Origin: Nemertoderma westbladi
Lineage: Eukaryota; Animalia; Xenacoelomorpha
Length of the DNA stretch: 64,000 nt
Direction of reading: 5' to 3'
Assembly: GCA_032718475.1 (NCBI GenBank)
Contig: JAUCBJ010000225.1
Span: 1 to 64,000, forward strand
Below are positions 51,116 through 64,000 of this stretch, in pieces. A model generated the notes under the pieces. The model did not search any database. It saw nothing but the letters and a program-made list of their open reading frames with translations, and was not told the origin of the DNA. The stretch's first letter is position 1, and every line of letters begins with the position of its first letter. The position numbers were made by a program, and so were the translations under genes.

Positions 51116-51988
51116 TTACATTTATTGTCTCTAGGTTTAAGCGATCCCTTTACATTTTATTGTCTCTAGGTTTAAGCGATCCCTTTACATTTTATTGTCT
51201 CTAGGTTTAAGCGATCCCTTTACATTTTATTATCTCTAGGTTTAAGCGATCCCTTTACATTTTATTGTCTCTAGGTTTAAGCGATCCCTTTACATTTTAT
51301 TGTCTCTAGGTTTAAGCGATCCCTTTACATTTATTGTCTCTAGGTTTAAGCGATCCCTTTACATTTTATTGTCTCTAGCTTTAAGCGATCCCTTTACATT
51401 TTATTGTCTTAGCTTTAAGCGATCCCTTTACATTTTATTGTCTCTAGCTTTAAGCGATCCCTTTACATTTTATTGTCTCTAGGTTTAAGCGATCCCTTTA
51501 CATTTTATTGTCTCTAGGTTTAAGCGATCCCTTTACATTTTATTGTCTCTAGGTTTAAGCGATCCCTTTACATTTTATTGTCTCTAGGTTTAAGCGATCC
51601 CTTTACATTTTATTGTCTTAGCTTTAAGCGATCCCTTTACATTTTATTGTCTCTAGGTTTAAGCGATCCCTTTACATTTTATTGTCTCTAGGTTTAAGCG
51701 ATCCCTTTACATTTTATTGTCTCTAGGTTTAAGCGATCCCTTTACATTTTATTGTCTCTAGGTTTAAGCGATCCCTTTACATTTTATTGTCTCTAGGTTT
51801 AAGCGATCCCTTTAAATTTTATTGTATCTAGGTTTAAGCGATCCCTTTACATTTTATTGTCTCTAGGTTTAAGCGATCCCTTTACATTTTATTGTCTCTA
51901 GCTTTAAGCGATCCCTTTACATTTTATTGTCTCTAGCTTTAAGCGATCCCTTTACATTTTATTGTCTCTAGGTTTAAGCGATCCCTTT
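51116..51988 (+). repeat. 35-bp minisatellite (~25 copies) spanning a splice acceptor and exon start
   Basis: Unit ACATTTTATTGTCTCTAGGTTTAAGCGATCCCTTT. Confidence 0.97.
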
Positions 51989-52095
51989 GTGGAAGTTCAT
52001 CTTTGCCCTTCGAATTTGTTTCCAAAATGCGAATCGATGAAGACGAAAGTTCAGAAGAACACGTTAAATCCCACCTACAACGAATCCTTCGATTA
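51972..52095 (+). CDS. BAIAP3: Host gene exon: BAIAP3/Munc13-4-like C2B domain
   Basis: AG/GT-bounded; (G)LSDPFVEVHLCPSNLFPKCESMKTKVQKNTLNPTYNESFD(Y). Confidence 0.85.
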
Positions 52096-52559
52096 GTTAG
52101 TTAAACACTACGGGGGGGGGGGGGGGGGGGGGGTGGACGCAAATCACATCTCGTCGAATTAATATCTCGTCTCAATGTTAAGTTACCAATAAAGGGAACG
52201 GAGCAGGTTACAGTTGTATCAAGTTATTCTAAATAAAACTATAAATGAAAGTCAATAGAACAGGATATAATTTTATTTGTTGGAGTAATCATCTGTTATT
52301 TGCGTTGGTTGAGCCTTGGGGAGAGATGAAATTTCCCCATCCCTTATCCTATCCGGATAACTCATATCAGTCTATTGTTATTTGGAACTGCCGTCTGAAT
52401 AAATCGAAAAATTTACTTATTGAAACATTAATATGGTTTAGTTCTACACACAAATTTACTATTGGGGGAATCATATATTTATACCCGTTAATAAATATAT
52501 TATTGCCACTATACAAGTTAAATATGGTGTCCTTATCACTGTATTTGTATTACCTTTAG

Positions 52560-52654
52560 CAACATATCTGCAGACAATTGTCGTGAGGATTTTGCTGTTA
52601 TTGCCTTCTACGTGTTCGACTACGATTTCTTTGCTTGGCGTAACGATTTTGCGG
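52560..52654 (+). CDS. BAIAP3: Host gene exon: BAIAP3/Munc13-4-like C2B domain
   Basis: Phase-compatible; NISADNCREDFAVIAFYVFDYDFFAWRNDFA(G) with the C2 DxD..NDF motif. Confidence 0.85.
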
Positions 52655-53140
52655 GTACGTTGTTATGGTAATAATTTACTAAAGTAAACTTGAAGTAACA
52701 CCATCTATCAATCTCTCTATGTCTACCTACAAACTTACTGTATAATAAAGCTATATATATCTTTGACTCTCTGTATTAAAATATGTATCGATTTAGGCTA
52801 AACAATACATAATATAAAATTATATTATATAATAAAAATATATTTAACTAAAAAAACACACAATCCAACAGAATATTATATAAATATTTTATATGACTAT
52901 CAAACATCTACCGAATCTAATAACCTCTATATTATATCAAAATATAACAATAATAACTCTTCGAATTCTAACAATGATGTTATACTGTATTTGTCAGTTT
53001 TAAATTTAAGTTGTTTAGCATCACAATTACATAACCATTTAACCTATTATGTAACTATATCTATGTTATGTTACTAATCTATGTTACTATATTATGTAAT
53101 TATATCTTGGATTATTTTTCTGGGACATGTTCCATTGCAG

Positions 53141-53257
53141 GCGAGGCCTACCTACCATTGAGGGACGTTTTGGGTCTCAGTGATTCGGCTTCTAACAAAG
53201 GCAGCTACGAAATTATGGCCCCAACTTCTCTCAACTTTATGCGACCGACTGCCGAAG
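53141..53257 (+). CDS. BAIAP3: Host gene exon: end of C2B domain
   Basis: TTGCAG acceptor and GT donor; GEAYLPLRDVLGLSDSASNKGSYEIMAPTSLNFMRPTAE. Confidence 0.83.
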
Positions 53258-53479
53258 GTTAATATGTCAAATAGTTACGGTATGAATGTAAAACCCAGGA
53301 GTTATGAAAAATAAAGAGAATAGTGTGAATTTTATCCAACTCGTACGTAACTAAGTAATAATTACTTGACAAAATTAAACACGAAAAATTACTTATTATG
53401 TTGTCTATCCTATGTAGCCATGGCCGATCGTGTTGCTATAATATACTCTTATTAATATTACGATAATTTTGATTTGCAG

Positions 53480-53577
53480 ATAATGTTGTTTACCAAGCCT
53501 TGACGAGAAGGACTGGCGACAAACTGGCCTTGGAATTGGTTAAAAAACGCCAACCAATATTGTCGGGGTGCAAATGA
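53480..53577 (+). CDS. BAIAP3: Host gene terminal coding exon
   Basis: TTTGCAG acceptor; DNVVYQALTRRTGDKLALELVKKRQPILSGCK*; AATAAA at ~53588. Confidence 0.78.
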
Positions 53578-53661
53578 TGATGTGTCAATAAAACTATATA
53601 TAAATACATTTATCGTTAACAAATAAATCAATTATCATAAGAGTTTAGAGACAAAGAAATG

Positions 53662-54192
53662 GTTGGGTGGGTGGGTAGGGTAGGTCGTAGAAGGTGATCA
53701 ATGATTTGAATGTAGGCCATGAATGGATGGGTAGGTCGTAGAAGGTGATCAATGATTTGAATGTAGGTCATGAATGGGTGGGTAGGTCGTAGAAGGTGAT
53801 CAATGATTTGAATGTAGGCCATGAATGGATGGGTAGGTCGTAGAAGGTGATCAATGATTTGAATGTAGGTCATGAATGGGTGGGTAGGTCGTAGAAGGTG
53901 ATCAATGATTTGAATGTAGGTCATGAATGGGTGGGTAGGTCGTAGAAGGTGATCAATGATTTGAATGTAGGCCATGAATGGATGGGTAGGTCGTAGAAGG
54001 TGATCAATGATTTGAATGTAGGTCATGAATGGGTGGGTAGGTCGTAGAAGGTGATCAATGATTTGAATGTAGGCCATGAATGGATGGGTAGGTCGTAGAA
54101 GGTGATCAATGATTTGAATGTAGGTCATGAATGGGTGGGTAGGTCGTAGAAGGTGATCAATGATTTGAATGTAGGTCATGAATGGGTGGGTA
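53662..54192. repeat. 51-bp minisatellite (~10 copies)
   Basis: Unit GGGTAGGTCGTAGAAGGTGATCAATGATTTGAATGTAGGYCATGAATGGRT. Confidence 0.97.
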
Positions 54193-55420
54193 AGTTACCT
54201 AAGACAAATTTGGTACATTTCGGTTTGGTGCAATTTAGGAAATAGATAGAAAGTTAATTATTGAGTGGATGTCTGAGGAAGGAAAGCTTTTATCCAGCCA
54301 TCCATTATAACTGTTTACATAGAATCTATTGTTAATTTGACATTGTTATCCTACCACTAATAATCAATTCTATTTTCTCTTTAATATTCCTGTGCGAATC
54401 TGTGTAGTACAGTAGAATAATTAATTACATTTGGGATATTGAGCTATGGAGTATTTAATTTATATTACTCATTTCCAATTTGTATAATATTAAAAAACAT
54501 TTCATAAAAAAAAACACTATAAATATGTAGAATTTGGTGTTAAGAGGGGGGTAGTCCAACCATAAAGTGTACACTCCAGTAAAATACTTTTATCTTCGCT
54601 TGTAATTAACATATAATCTCGTCCATTGGTTGTTTGTGTACCTAAGAAGATAGAGAAATTTGTAAAAACCTTTAAAATATTTGTTGTGCCTGTTAGTAAG
54701 ATATTAAAACGAAAAGTAAAAAAATGTTACCCGCTTAGCAATTTCTATTGAATGTTAAACCTTGAAGTTTGGGCTAAATGTTTGTATCATATGAGTGCAC
54801 ATAGTTACCATTTATTAAGAAAATAGATTTTTTTTTTTAATTACTTAATTTGAAAAACTTCCCAATAGAGTATTTATCAATACCGCTTAATATATCAAAA
54901 TTAACTGCTGATTTGGAATCAGCGTTAAATACAACAGTAATTCAGATGGACATATTTCAAAATTTCGAATTTTTGACCCAAATTCAACTACCCCCCCCCC
55001 CCCCCATAAAATAAACAATCACCCAATGTATATACTATATACTATACTATACTATATACTATATTGTGTTTCATTGACTACCTAACTTGTTTATTTAACT
55101 GCCTATAATTTTACATTGTAGTTTTTGCCATTTATTTGGTGTCTACGTTGTATCATTTTCTAATATTAGTACCTATTGATTTCGTCTCCCCTTTTCTACG
55201 GTATTTATGTCCTGTAGGGCGGGTCATTCTATGTGTGTTTAGAAGGATCATAATTCACAATATTATACTTTATAATAGAAAATTTCAAGAAAATTATAAA
55301 TGTTATTATTTAAATAAACGGACGTCATATCCAGGCCGATTGATTCACAACTGGATATTTTAATGATCCTGGTATGACGATGTTATCAAGATAAGTGAGA
55401 AGCAGGTCAATGTTATGTGA

Positions 55421-57559
55421 ATCCAATATTGTGTACCATCTCAATACTTTGTACCATCTCAATACTTTGTACCATCTCAATACTTTGTACCATCTCAATA
55501 CTTTGTACCATCTCAATACTTTGTACCATCAATACTCACTTACTTGCATGGCGCATCCAATATTGTGAACCATCTCAATACTTTGTACCATCTCAATACT
55601 TTGTACCATCTCAATACTTTGTACCATCTCAATAGTTTGTACCATCTCAATACTTTGTACCATCTCAATACTTATTGTGTACCATCTCAATACTTTGTAC
55701 CATCTCAATACTTTGCACCATCTCAATACTTTGTACCATCTCAATACTTTGTACCATCTCAATACTTTGTACAATCACAATACTTACTTGCGTGACACAT
55801 CCAATATTGTGTACCATCTCAATACTTTGTACCATCTCAATACTTTGTACCATCTCAATAGTTTGTACCATCTCAATACTTTGTACCATCTCAATACTTA
55901 CTTGCGTGGCACATCCAATATTGTGTACCATCTCAATACTTTGTACCATCTCAATACTTTGTACCATCTCAATACTTTGTACCATCTCAAAACTTTGTAC
56001 CATCTCAATACTTACTTGCGTGGCACATCCAATATTGTGTACCATCTCAATACTTTGTACCATCTCAATACTTTGTACCATCTCAATACGTTGTACCATC
56101 TCAATACTTTGTACCATCTCAATAGTTTGTACCATCTCAATACTTTGTACCATCTCAATACTTAGTTGTGTGGCACATCCAATATTGTGTACCATCTCAA
56201 TACTTTGTACCATCTCAATACTTTGTACCATCTCAATACTTACTTGCGTGGCACATCCAATATTGTGTACAATCTCAATACTTTGTACCATCTCAATACT
56301 TTGTACAATCTCAATACTTACTTGCGTGGCACTTCCAATATTGTGTACCATCTCAATACTTTGTACCATCTCAATACTTTGTACCATCTCAATACTTTGT
56401 ACCATCTCAATACTTACTTGCGTGGCACATCCAATATTGTGTACCATCTCAATACTTTGTACCATCTCAATAATTTGTACCATCTCAATACTTTGTATCA
56501 TCTCAATACTTTGTACCATCTCAATACTTTGTACCATCTCAATACTTTGTACAATCTCAATACTTTGTACCATCTCAATACATTGTACCATCTCAATACT
56601 TTGTACCATCTCAATACTTTGTACCATCTCAATACTTTGTACCATCTCAATACTTTGTACCATCTCAATACTTTGTACAATCTCAATACTTTGTACCATC
56701 TCAATATTTTGTATCATCTCAATACTTTGTACCATCTCAATACTTTGTATCATCTCAATACTTTGTACCATCTCAATACTTTGTACAATCTCAATACTTT
56801 GTACCATCTCAATACATTGTACCATCTCAATACTTTGTACCATCTCAATACTTTGTACCATCTCAATACTTTGTACCATATCAATACTCATTGTGTACCA
56901 TCTCAATACTTTGTACCATCTCAATACATTGTACCATCTCAATACTTTGTACCATCTCAATACTTTGTACCATCTCAATACTTTGTACCATCTCAATACT
57001 TTGTACAATCTCAATACTTTGTACCATCTCAATACATTGTACCATCTCAATACTTTGTACCATCTCAATACTTTGTACCATCTCAATACTTTGTACCATA
57101 TCAATACTTATTGTGTACCATCTCAATACTTTGTACCATCTCAATACATTGTACCATCTCAATATTTTGTATCATCTCAATACTTTGTACCATCTCAATA
57201 CTTTGTATCATCTCAATACTTTGTACCATCTCAATACTTTGTACCATATCAATACTTATTGTGTACCATATCTCAATACTTTGTACCATCTCAATACTTT
57301 GTACCATCTCAATACTTTGTACCATGTCAATACTTTGTACCATCTCAATACTTACTTGCGTGGCACATCCAATATTGTGTACCATCTCAATACTTTGTAC
57401 CATCTCAATACTTTGTACCATCTCAATACTTACTTGCGTGGCACATCCAATATTGTGTACCATCTCAAAACTTTGTACCATCTCAATACTTTGTACCATC
57501 TCAATACTTTGTACCATCTCAATACTTACTTGCGTGGCATATCCAATATTGTGTACCAT
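55421..57559. repeat. 18-bp satellite with interspersed longer variant units
   Basis: Unit GTACCATCTCAATACTTT, punctuated by ACTTGCGTGGCACATCCAATATTGT. Confidence 0.97.
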
Positions 57560-59617
57560 TCATATTATTCTGCTCAACTGTTAAGATTTACAGATCCCGG
57601 GCAGCTAATTAATGTCAGACCAAGTTATCCCTGACATACACGTTCGTGGGGCTTTCGCGCAGGACAATGCTCAGTTACGAGATACAGATTAATATTGAGC
57701 GATTCTACTGTATCAAAAACTCGGTATCTAAGAAATTTAACCAAACACCAGTAAGTCAAAGAGAGGGAAAAGCCCTCTTTCCCTTTATTTTTAATATAAC
57801 ACAAAATACAACTGGGAGAGATTCACAAATATACAAACAGCACAAATTTCTAGCAAAAATAATTAATGTTAGCATATTATTTAATTTATTTACTTAACCA
57901 ACAGAGAAATCAATGGTAACAAGTTATTGGTAACTTTTCGAAAGATATCTACTTCTCAGGTCATTTAACTAAACAACGCGTAAAAACCTTCTGACCAAGC
58001 TTCGTAGCTTGAAATCTGCTAAACTAATATACTCTGCGTCCACGTTTAATGGCAATGTCATCGCGCGTATCTCAGACCACGGCAAACGCCTCACCATTCG
58101 ATCTTTATCTGACTACGAACGTCTCAAGTCGAAGGTTTCCGGTGCAGAAATCCCTCCTCTTGGCAATGTCGTGAAAATAGACCAACCACGAGCGAGTGAT
58201 ACCACCCAACCCAACGCTACGCAGCCACGGCGCACTGGCACCCGTAAATCCAACCGTACCGACTCCCTAACGGAGGGCATCGAGTGATTCTATTAGCTAA
58301 CATTGTTAGCAACAGCCATGCCCGTTATCCACCTTACCGCCGCTCTAGAGTTTTTTTTTATTCTGTAATAATAGCGAGATCTCCTCACTGGTGTAGAGTT
58401 TATTTTGTTTTTACTGTTACTTTGTTCTTTGTACTTGTAACTTTGTTCTCTAAGAAAAGAGCTTTCGAATGAGCCTAAAACGAACTTCGTACGACCACTA
58501 GAACTGGAGATTATACATTTTGAAGATCTCCGATGACCGATAAGTCTATTCCGTGTAATCCCGCAAATACCGCAGAGTCGCTTATTCGAGTCCCGTCTTC
58601 ATTCCGGAGACTTGAAGTTGTCTTATAAACTGACAAGTAGGTCCAATAATCATAAAAAAATACCTTCGCAATTAAAATTTTGTGCTCTTTCTCGTGTAGA
58701 CATCCAATTGGCACCACTGGGCACAGAAATTTGCAGAAATTGAATGCAAACCCCAAACTTCATCTCCTTTACCAATATCGCGATATATCGGAGCCAGTAT
58801 CTTCTATCCCAGATATCTCGAAAAGTAAGCAAGATATGGGAAAACGGTTTCCATATTTGGATTCAGCATGAAATTCTGCATCAGATAGGATATGTTTCAA
58901 AAATTCGTGTTTTTGGTCAGAAAATGCGCTACTCCCCCCCCCTTAACCTCGACCGTTCATAACCACGCAACCCGGAGACAGTAACAGTCAAGTAAAAGCT
59001 TTTTGTTCTGTCTGATAATCAATTAGTGTGAGGGTAGTCCCGGTGGTGTACGAAAAAATTTCTAGACAACTTCAAACTATAAATATTATGTTGTAATCAT
59101 CTAATGAATTATAAAAGCAGTTGTGATGATAGAAGATAGAGAGCAGTTAGCGAAATGATTATTTTGTTCTATCGGAATGAGTAGTCGGAGTCTCAGGGAG
59201 GAGTCGAGGTGTCTATTGATTAATAATAATAAGAGCAGTTGTCATGAATTCAATACAATCGCGCACAAGAAGTGATAAGATAAATTCGTTCTTATTTTTG
59301 TAATAAATAAAACAAGTTGAGATGTTTCAAAGTAAACCGCGATTAACAATTTACACTGTCCAATGTAAACCACGATATTAATTAAATACAACAATTATAT
59401 TATTATTATAACAGATTTTTATATTTCAAGCTATAATGTTAGCCTTATGGAGAATCATTATGAGGCTGAGTAAACATTCAGCCTTATAAGCATACAGCCT
59501 CCACATTATTAATGTTGGTACAAAGATTTCAAAATAAAACAATAATGCGATGAGAGCATATGTAGTACAATACACTGTGTAGCCAACAAATGTGTAACTA
59601 ACAGTCATTTAGCTTGC

Positions 59618-59893
59618 ACTGGCTACTGGCTACTGGCTACTGGCTACTGGCTACTGGCTACTGGCTACTGTCACTGGCTACTGGCTACTGGCTACTGGCT
59701 ACTGGCTACTGGCTACTGGCTACTGGCTACTGGCTACTGGCTACTGGCTACTGACTACTGGCTACTGGCTACTGGCTACTGGCTACTGGCTACTGGCTAC
59801 TGGCTACTGGCTACTGGCTACTGGCTACTGGCTACTGGCTACTGGCTACTGGCTACTGGCTACTGGCTACTGGCTACTGGCTACTGGCTACTG
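59618..59893. repeat. (ACTGGCT)n heptamer repeat
   Basis: About 39 tandem copies. Confidence 0.97.
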
Positions 59894-60630
59894 ACCTAGA
59901 GCGAAAACGGCTCTAACGATTTTGATGAAATTTTGCATGAACCATGAAAATAGATTTCTAAGGGTACTTGTGAAATCGCGGTGTAAATTGAAACATCTCA
60001 ACGTGTTTTATTTCGAAAAATAGACCCAAAACACGAAAATTACCATAGGCGCAATGATAAAACACCAGCTGGCACTCATGAAGAATGTACAGAGATGGCC
60101 TAGTAATGCTATTCAATAGAGGAAAGGCCAACTAATTTCAACTCAACTCGAGTGAGATTAGCTCGCATTGTTTGTACAGGACAAACAAACCTCGTCTGTC
60201 ATAGACAGAGTGTAAGTCATAGAACAATTACACCATCTGGTTTGGTAACTAAATTCCTTTGTCCTACCTACCGCGTAGGTCAGCATTAGTTGAATGGACA
60301 GAACTTTTCACACCATCTGGTTTGTCTCAACTAAAATACATTGCGTGTAATTGTTTTATTTATAAATCTTTTGGCCCACATTAATACTATAGGCCTAGAG
60401 ACTGTATGTTTAAAAGGCTGTATGTTTACTCAGCTTCATGATTCTCCATAGGCTAACATTATAGTTTGAAATGTAAAAATCACTGCTTATTATCTATATC
60501 AGGTTACTCACTGTTGATTGCAAAATATTTTATTGATGGATTACTCTGTCAGACAGAGACTTCAGAACATTGTAGAGGGAATTTACTTTAGTTTACTCTA
60601 TTGAGCGTTGCCAAGTTACAGAGTGGTATC

Positions 60631-61258
60631 TGTTCGCGCTTTTAGACCTTTAGCAGTTTAACCTGCCAATTTTAGTTGTTTAGTTGTTTAGTTTAGTTGT
60701 TTTAGAAGCCAGTCTGTGCGCGATCATTCACCCACAGTTAAGGGAGACTGGATTCGGATGCTTTGATAGTGATTGCAGTGTAGACCTACTGTATTATTCG
60801 ATTGATCGTTAATATATAATCTCTGACAATATATTTACTTTCGGGGAAATATTAACAGTTCCTTTAGGACGTGGCGCTTTAAGTATAAAAACAGAGTTAT
60901 GACTTATACTAATCACAACTAGATGGCTACTGAGTTTCGTAAATAGCGCATTCTTTAGGAGATGCTTTATTAACCTTCACACTACTTCACACGACTTCAC
61001 ACTATTTCGCACTGATCTGCCGACCGTCACTGAATTTGATCATATATAAGGAGGATCGCAACTGACACATGTAGGGATTATGAAATAGCATTTAATTCAC
61101 ACAAAAAACCACTATAATGTAAGTCGCAGTTGCTACCGGTAAACCTGTTCCTCTCACCTTCAGTAATCAAGAAGATTGGGGGTTTTATGATTATTTATCG
61201 GTATTCTCCAAATATAACAGCAATATCCATTAACATAACACCAATTAATAACAGAAGT
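60631..61258 (-). repeat. Partial LTR E (3' half, divergent subfamily), interrupted by element D
   Basis: Plus strand starts TGTTCGCGCTTTTAGACCTTTAGCAG (LTR end on the minus strand); homology stops at the D terminus. Confidence 0.8.
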
Positions 61259-62606
61259 TGTACGCGCTTTTGAAGACCTTTAGCAGTTTAACCTGCCAAA
61301 ATTTATATGTCTTTTGGTTTACAAATATACTTTAGAAGACGACAAATATTTAATACCAATAAACACAACATTAGCAGAAGCCAGCCTAGTGCGCGTCCAT
61401 TCACCCGCTGGATAATCCCGGGAGACTGGATTCTGTCGGCTTAGATTATTATTGCAGTGAAGCTTACGGTATTGTATTATTCGATTGATCATTAATAATT
61501 AATTTCTGACTAATATTATTCACTTTCGGGAAATATTAACAGTTCCTTTTGGACGTGGCGCTCTATCTAAGTAAACAGAGATATGACTTATACTAATCAC
61601 AACGGTAAGTCGGTAAGGCTTATGATTCACGTATGAGGCGCATTCTTTAGGAAATGCTTAGTTATCAGCCACAATCATGCACACTACCGGTAACGCACAA
61701 TACTGCTCACTAATTTGCCGACCGTCAATGAATTTTATCATATATAAAGAGAATAGCAACGGACTCATGTAGGGCTTATCAAATAGCATTAAATTCAATA
61801 CACACCACAATAATATAAGTCGCAATCGCTATATATATAACCCGCCTCTCTAACCTGTAGTGTATCAAGAAAATTGGGAAATTTGGGTTCTTTATAAATG
61901 TTCTCCAAATAATATTCAATCCACTGATATAAGATATGACAACAGTAAAACATTAAGACGGTAGGTTAAGATATGATATGAACAGATATGTACAGCGATA
62001 TGCACTGATATGGACCGATATGTGAGTTGTTATGAACCGATAACAGTCATACGCTCTATAATCTTAAGCCTACTAATGTTTCTTTCTAGAGCCGTTGTTT
62101 CTGGCTTAGACAGCAATAACAACAAAGTATCAGTAAAAAACTGTAAGACTGAACAATCCCAGTATGATCGGCTCAAAGCTCCACATCGACAGAGAGAATC
62201 GCTCTGATTGGCTGAAGCCAAACAAAGAACCATGCGTCCAATGGCTGTTTCCATTTAAGCAACCAGCTGCTAGATGTCGTAATCTGAATCATCACGGCTA
62301 AGCTGTGTAAAAGTATTTGCCGTATTGCGGGTTTTTTGCCTTACCATGTCCGCTAAAACACGTATATAGCAGAATGACTTTTATGCCCGTTAAAACACCT
62401 GTAACGGTACCTTGCGGGCGAGGGGAATATATATACAGTTAGAGAACCTTTTAGAGTATTCCAGCGCCTGGGGGGGAAACTGGATTGCGAAGCAAAGGGG
62501 CCAGTTATATCCCACAGAAGCTTTTATACCGCTCCCAGAAAATGGGATTTGAGTCTATAAAATATACAAAATCACAGTTTCTAATATACGTAAATACTCT
62601 AAACAG

Positions 62607-63500
62607 TTAGTCTTTCTTGCGCGGACGGCGTTTACGCAGTTTTTTAAAGCTAGCCAGAGTCCTTTTCTCTTTGGGGCGAGCCACTTTACAAGGAGGGCTA
62701 TAACTCCTGGGTGAAGGGTGCAATATGATTGCATCAGAGGGTGTAGAATTATGGTCGGTGTATCCGTCAGTCGAAGTACCGGGTTGATTGACATCAACGT
62801 CAGGTGAGAGGGGTCTAACGGCTTTGAGAGCTCGTTTCAAGACAGCCGCTCTTACGGGTCCTTTACGAGTGGTCTGAACGAGGGCCGTGGGTGGACCATA
62901 GGCAGTTAGAAACTTCCGGGGTTTAATGGTCCTTTCCAACTCGCGTTCGCGGGCTCGGTATTCGTAAGGCCGTCGATATACTTCCTGTAACTCGGGGTGT
63001 GAGTTTACAAACAAGTCTCCATAGTCCGGATCCTGACGGATATAATTGATTAAGTTATAGGAATGAAGGTCGCTAGGATTAACACTCCTGAGAAATTTGC
63101 GTACGAATTTGGTTGAAATACATTCTCCGACGCGCTTCAGTAGCTCGTAACTTGATATGCGTGATTTCTGTTCAACCGAAGCGAATAGATAAGGATGGAA
63201 CGCATAAACTCCTTCGTAAGCGCGTCCGGGATAATAGCGATGGCGCGAATCACAATGTAAATCAACGTTCGCTTCCCAAGCTCTGATGTAACGCAGTGTG
63301 ATCATTTCATCTACGCTTTCCAAATCGTGATTAAAAGGGCAGTCGAAACTAGCATGTCCCTTTAGTTGACAATGGTGACATTGAGTCATAAATTGAGGGC
63401 AAACCGCAAAGATATGCAGGTTATTGAGTCTGCAATATGCGCAATAAATTTCCATAGTCGGTTGTTCTTTGAAATAGGAACAGCGGACGTTGGTGTCCAT
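62607..63500 (-). CDS. ORF3 of D: zinc-knuckle protein
   Basis: Nearly identical to ORF3 of B and C; uninterrupted. Confidence 0.8.
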   Translation of the reverse strand: MDTNVRCSYFKEQPTMEIYCAYCRLNNLHIFAVCPQFMTQCHHCQLKGHASFDCPFNHDLESVDEMITLRYIRAWEANVDLHCDSRHRYYPGRAYEGVYAFHPYLFASVEQKSRISSYELLKRVGECISTKFVRKFLRSVNPSDLHSYNLINYIRQDPDYGDLFVNSHPELQEVYRRPYEYRARERELERTIKPRKFLTAYGPPTALVQTTRKGPVRAAVLKRALKAVRPLSPDVDVNQPGTSTDGYTDHNSTPSDAIILHPSPRSYSPPCKVARPKEKRTLASFKKLRKRRPRKKD

Positions 63501-63656
63501 GGGCGTATCGTGGTCTCTCGATGCGCATAACCGACAACGTTGCCTAGAAACATAGTTGGCATGTCGATAATCGTACGCAGTGAGACACTGTGGACCTTGA
63601 TACCATTCTAGGATGTAATCGTTGTCGCTGTTCTGGGCGCGATAGGCTGAATCTCC

Positions 63657-64000
63657 TCAGATTCTAGGCATATTGGTTCGTCTTCCCAGTCTGTTACGAA
63701 TAGAATTTTCGTGATCTATTCTCGGTTTATCGTTCCGACTCCGCTGGGTATGATATTTAAATAGAACCATTTCCCTTTCGGTGTCTACATCGTCCGTATC
63801 ATGTAAATCGATAGGATGGCCGGTAGTTAGGAAGTCCATATACGTACTATTACGATGCGTATAGCGCGCGGTGGATTTTCGATAGTCCAATTCACGCGCA
63901 AGTTGCTCTTGGGACATCGGCGGTTCGATATAACGACCATCGTCCTCCGTAATGGTTGGATCGGCTTCACCGCGTATTAAGCTATCCACAAATGCTTGCA
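63657..64000 (-). CDS. Internally deleted ORF2 of D (start outside window)
   Basis: Same RNRL|GRRTNMPRI junction as C. Confidence 0.7.
   Translation of the reverse strand, partial: QAFVDSLIRGEADPTITEDDGRYIEPPMSQEQLARELDYRKSTARYTHRNSTYMDFLTTGHPIDLHDTDDVDTEREMVLFKYHTQRSRNDKPRIDHENSIRNRLGRRTNMPRI

Larger units (their letters stand above)
61259..64000 (-). mobile_element. BEL/Pao element D, 3' end (C-like deleted ORF2, ORF3, 3' LTR 61259-62528)
   Basis: LTR homologous to B and C; minus-strand GGGAGCGG tract at 62529-62536; ORFs as in C. Confidence 0.93.

Noticed and set aside
53628-54179. 183-aa repetitive ORF
   Set aside because: Translation of the 51-bp minisatellite.
55417-57634. Long ORFs (up to 645 aa) and a CRISPR-like repeat/insert look
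   Set aside because: The ORFs are translations of a stop-free 18-bp satellite; the inserts are near-identical rather than unique spacers; eukaryotic context with no cas genes.

Overview
Animal (invertebrate-like, AT-rich) genomic DNA dominated by a nest of one BEL/Pao LTR-retrotransposon family. Element B (10740-41652, 1266-bp LTRs, TSD CAGCT) is full length but carries disabling mutations. Element C (26998-39116, 1250-bp LTRs, TSD AACTT) is a Gag-protease-only derivative inserted inside B. Elements A (1-8705, minus) and D (61259-64000, minus) are cut by the window edges, and two partial LTRs (E, F) are present. The window also holds two LINEs, four tandem repeats and the last four exons of a BAIAP3/Munc13-4-like host gene (51972-53577). 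The main observation is that these elements have no tRNA-type PBS. The 11-12 nt after the 5' LTR are instead the exact complement of a fixed site inside the element's own LTR, and the two sites change together between subfamilies, which points to self-primed reverse transcription. Downstream of pol the family encodes no env. It carries a ~1065-aa ORF with a WRN/RNase D-like DEDDy 3'-5' exonuclease domain and a zinc-knuckle protein. All alignments and motif calls were made by eye.
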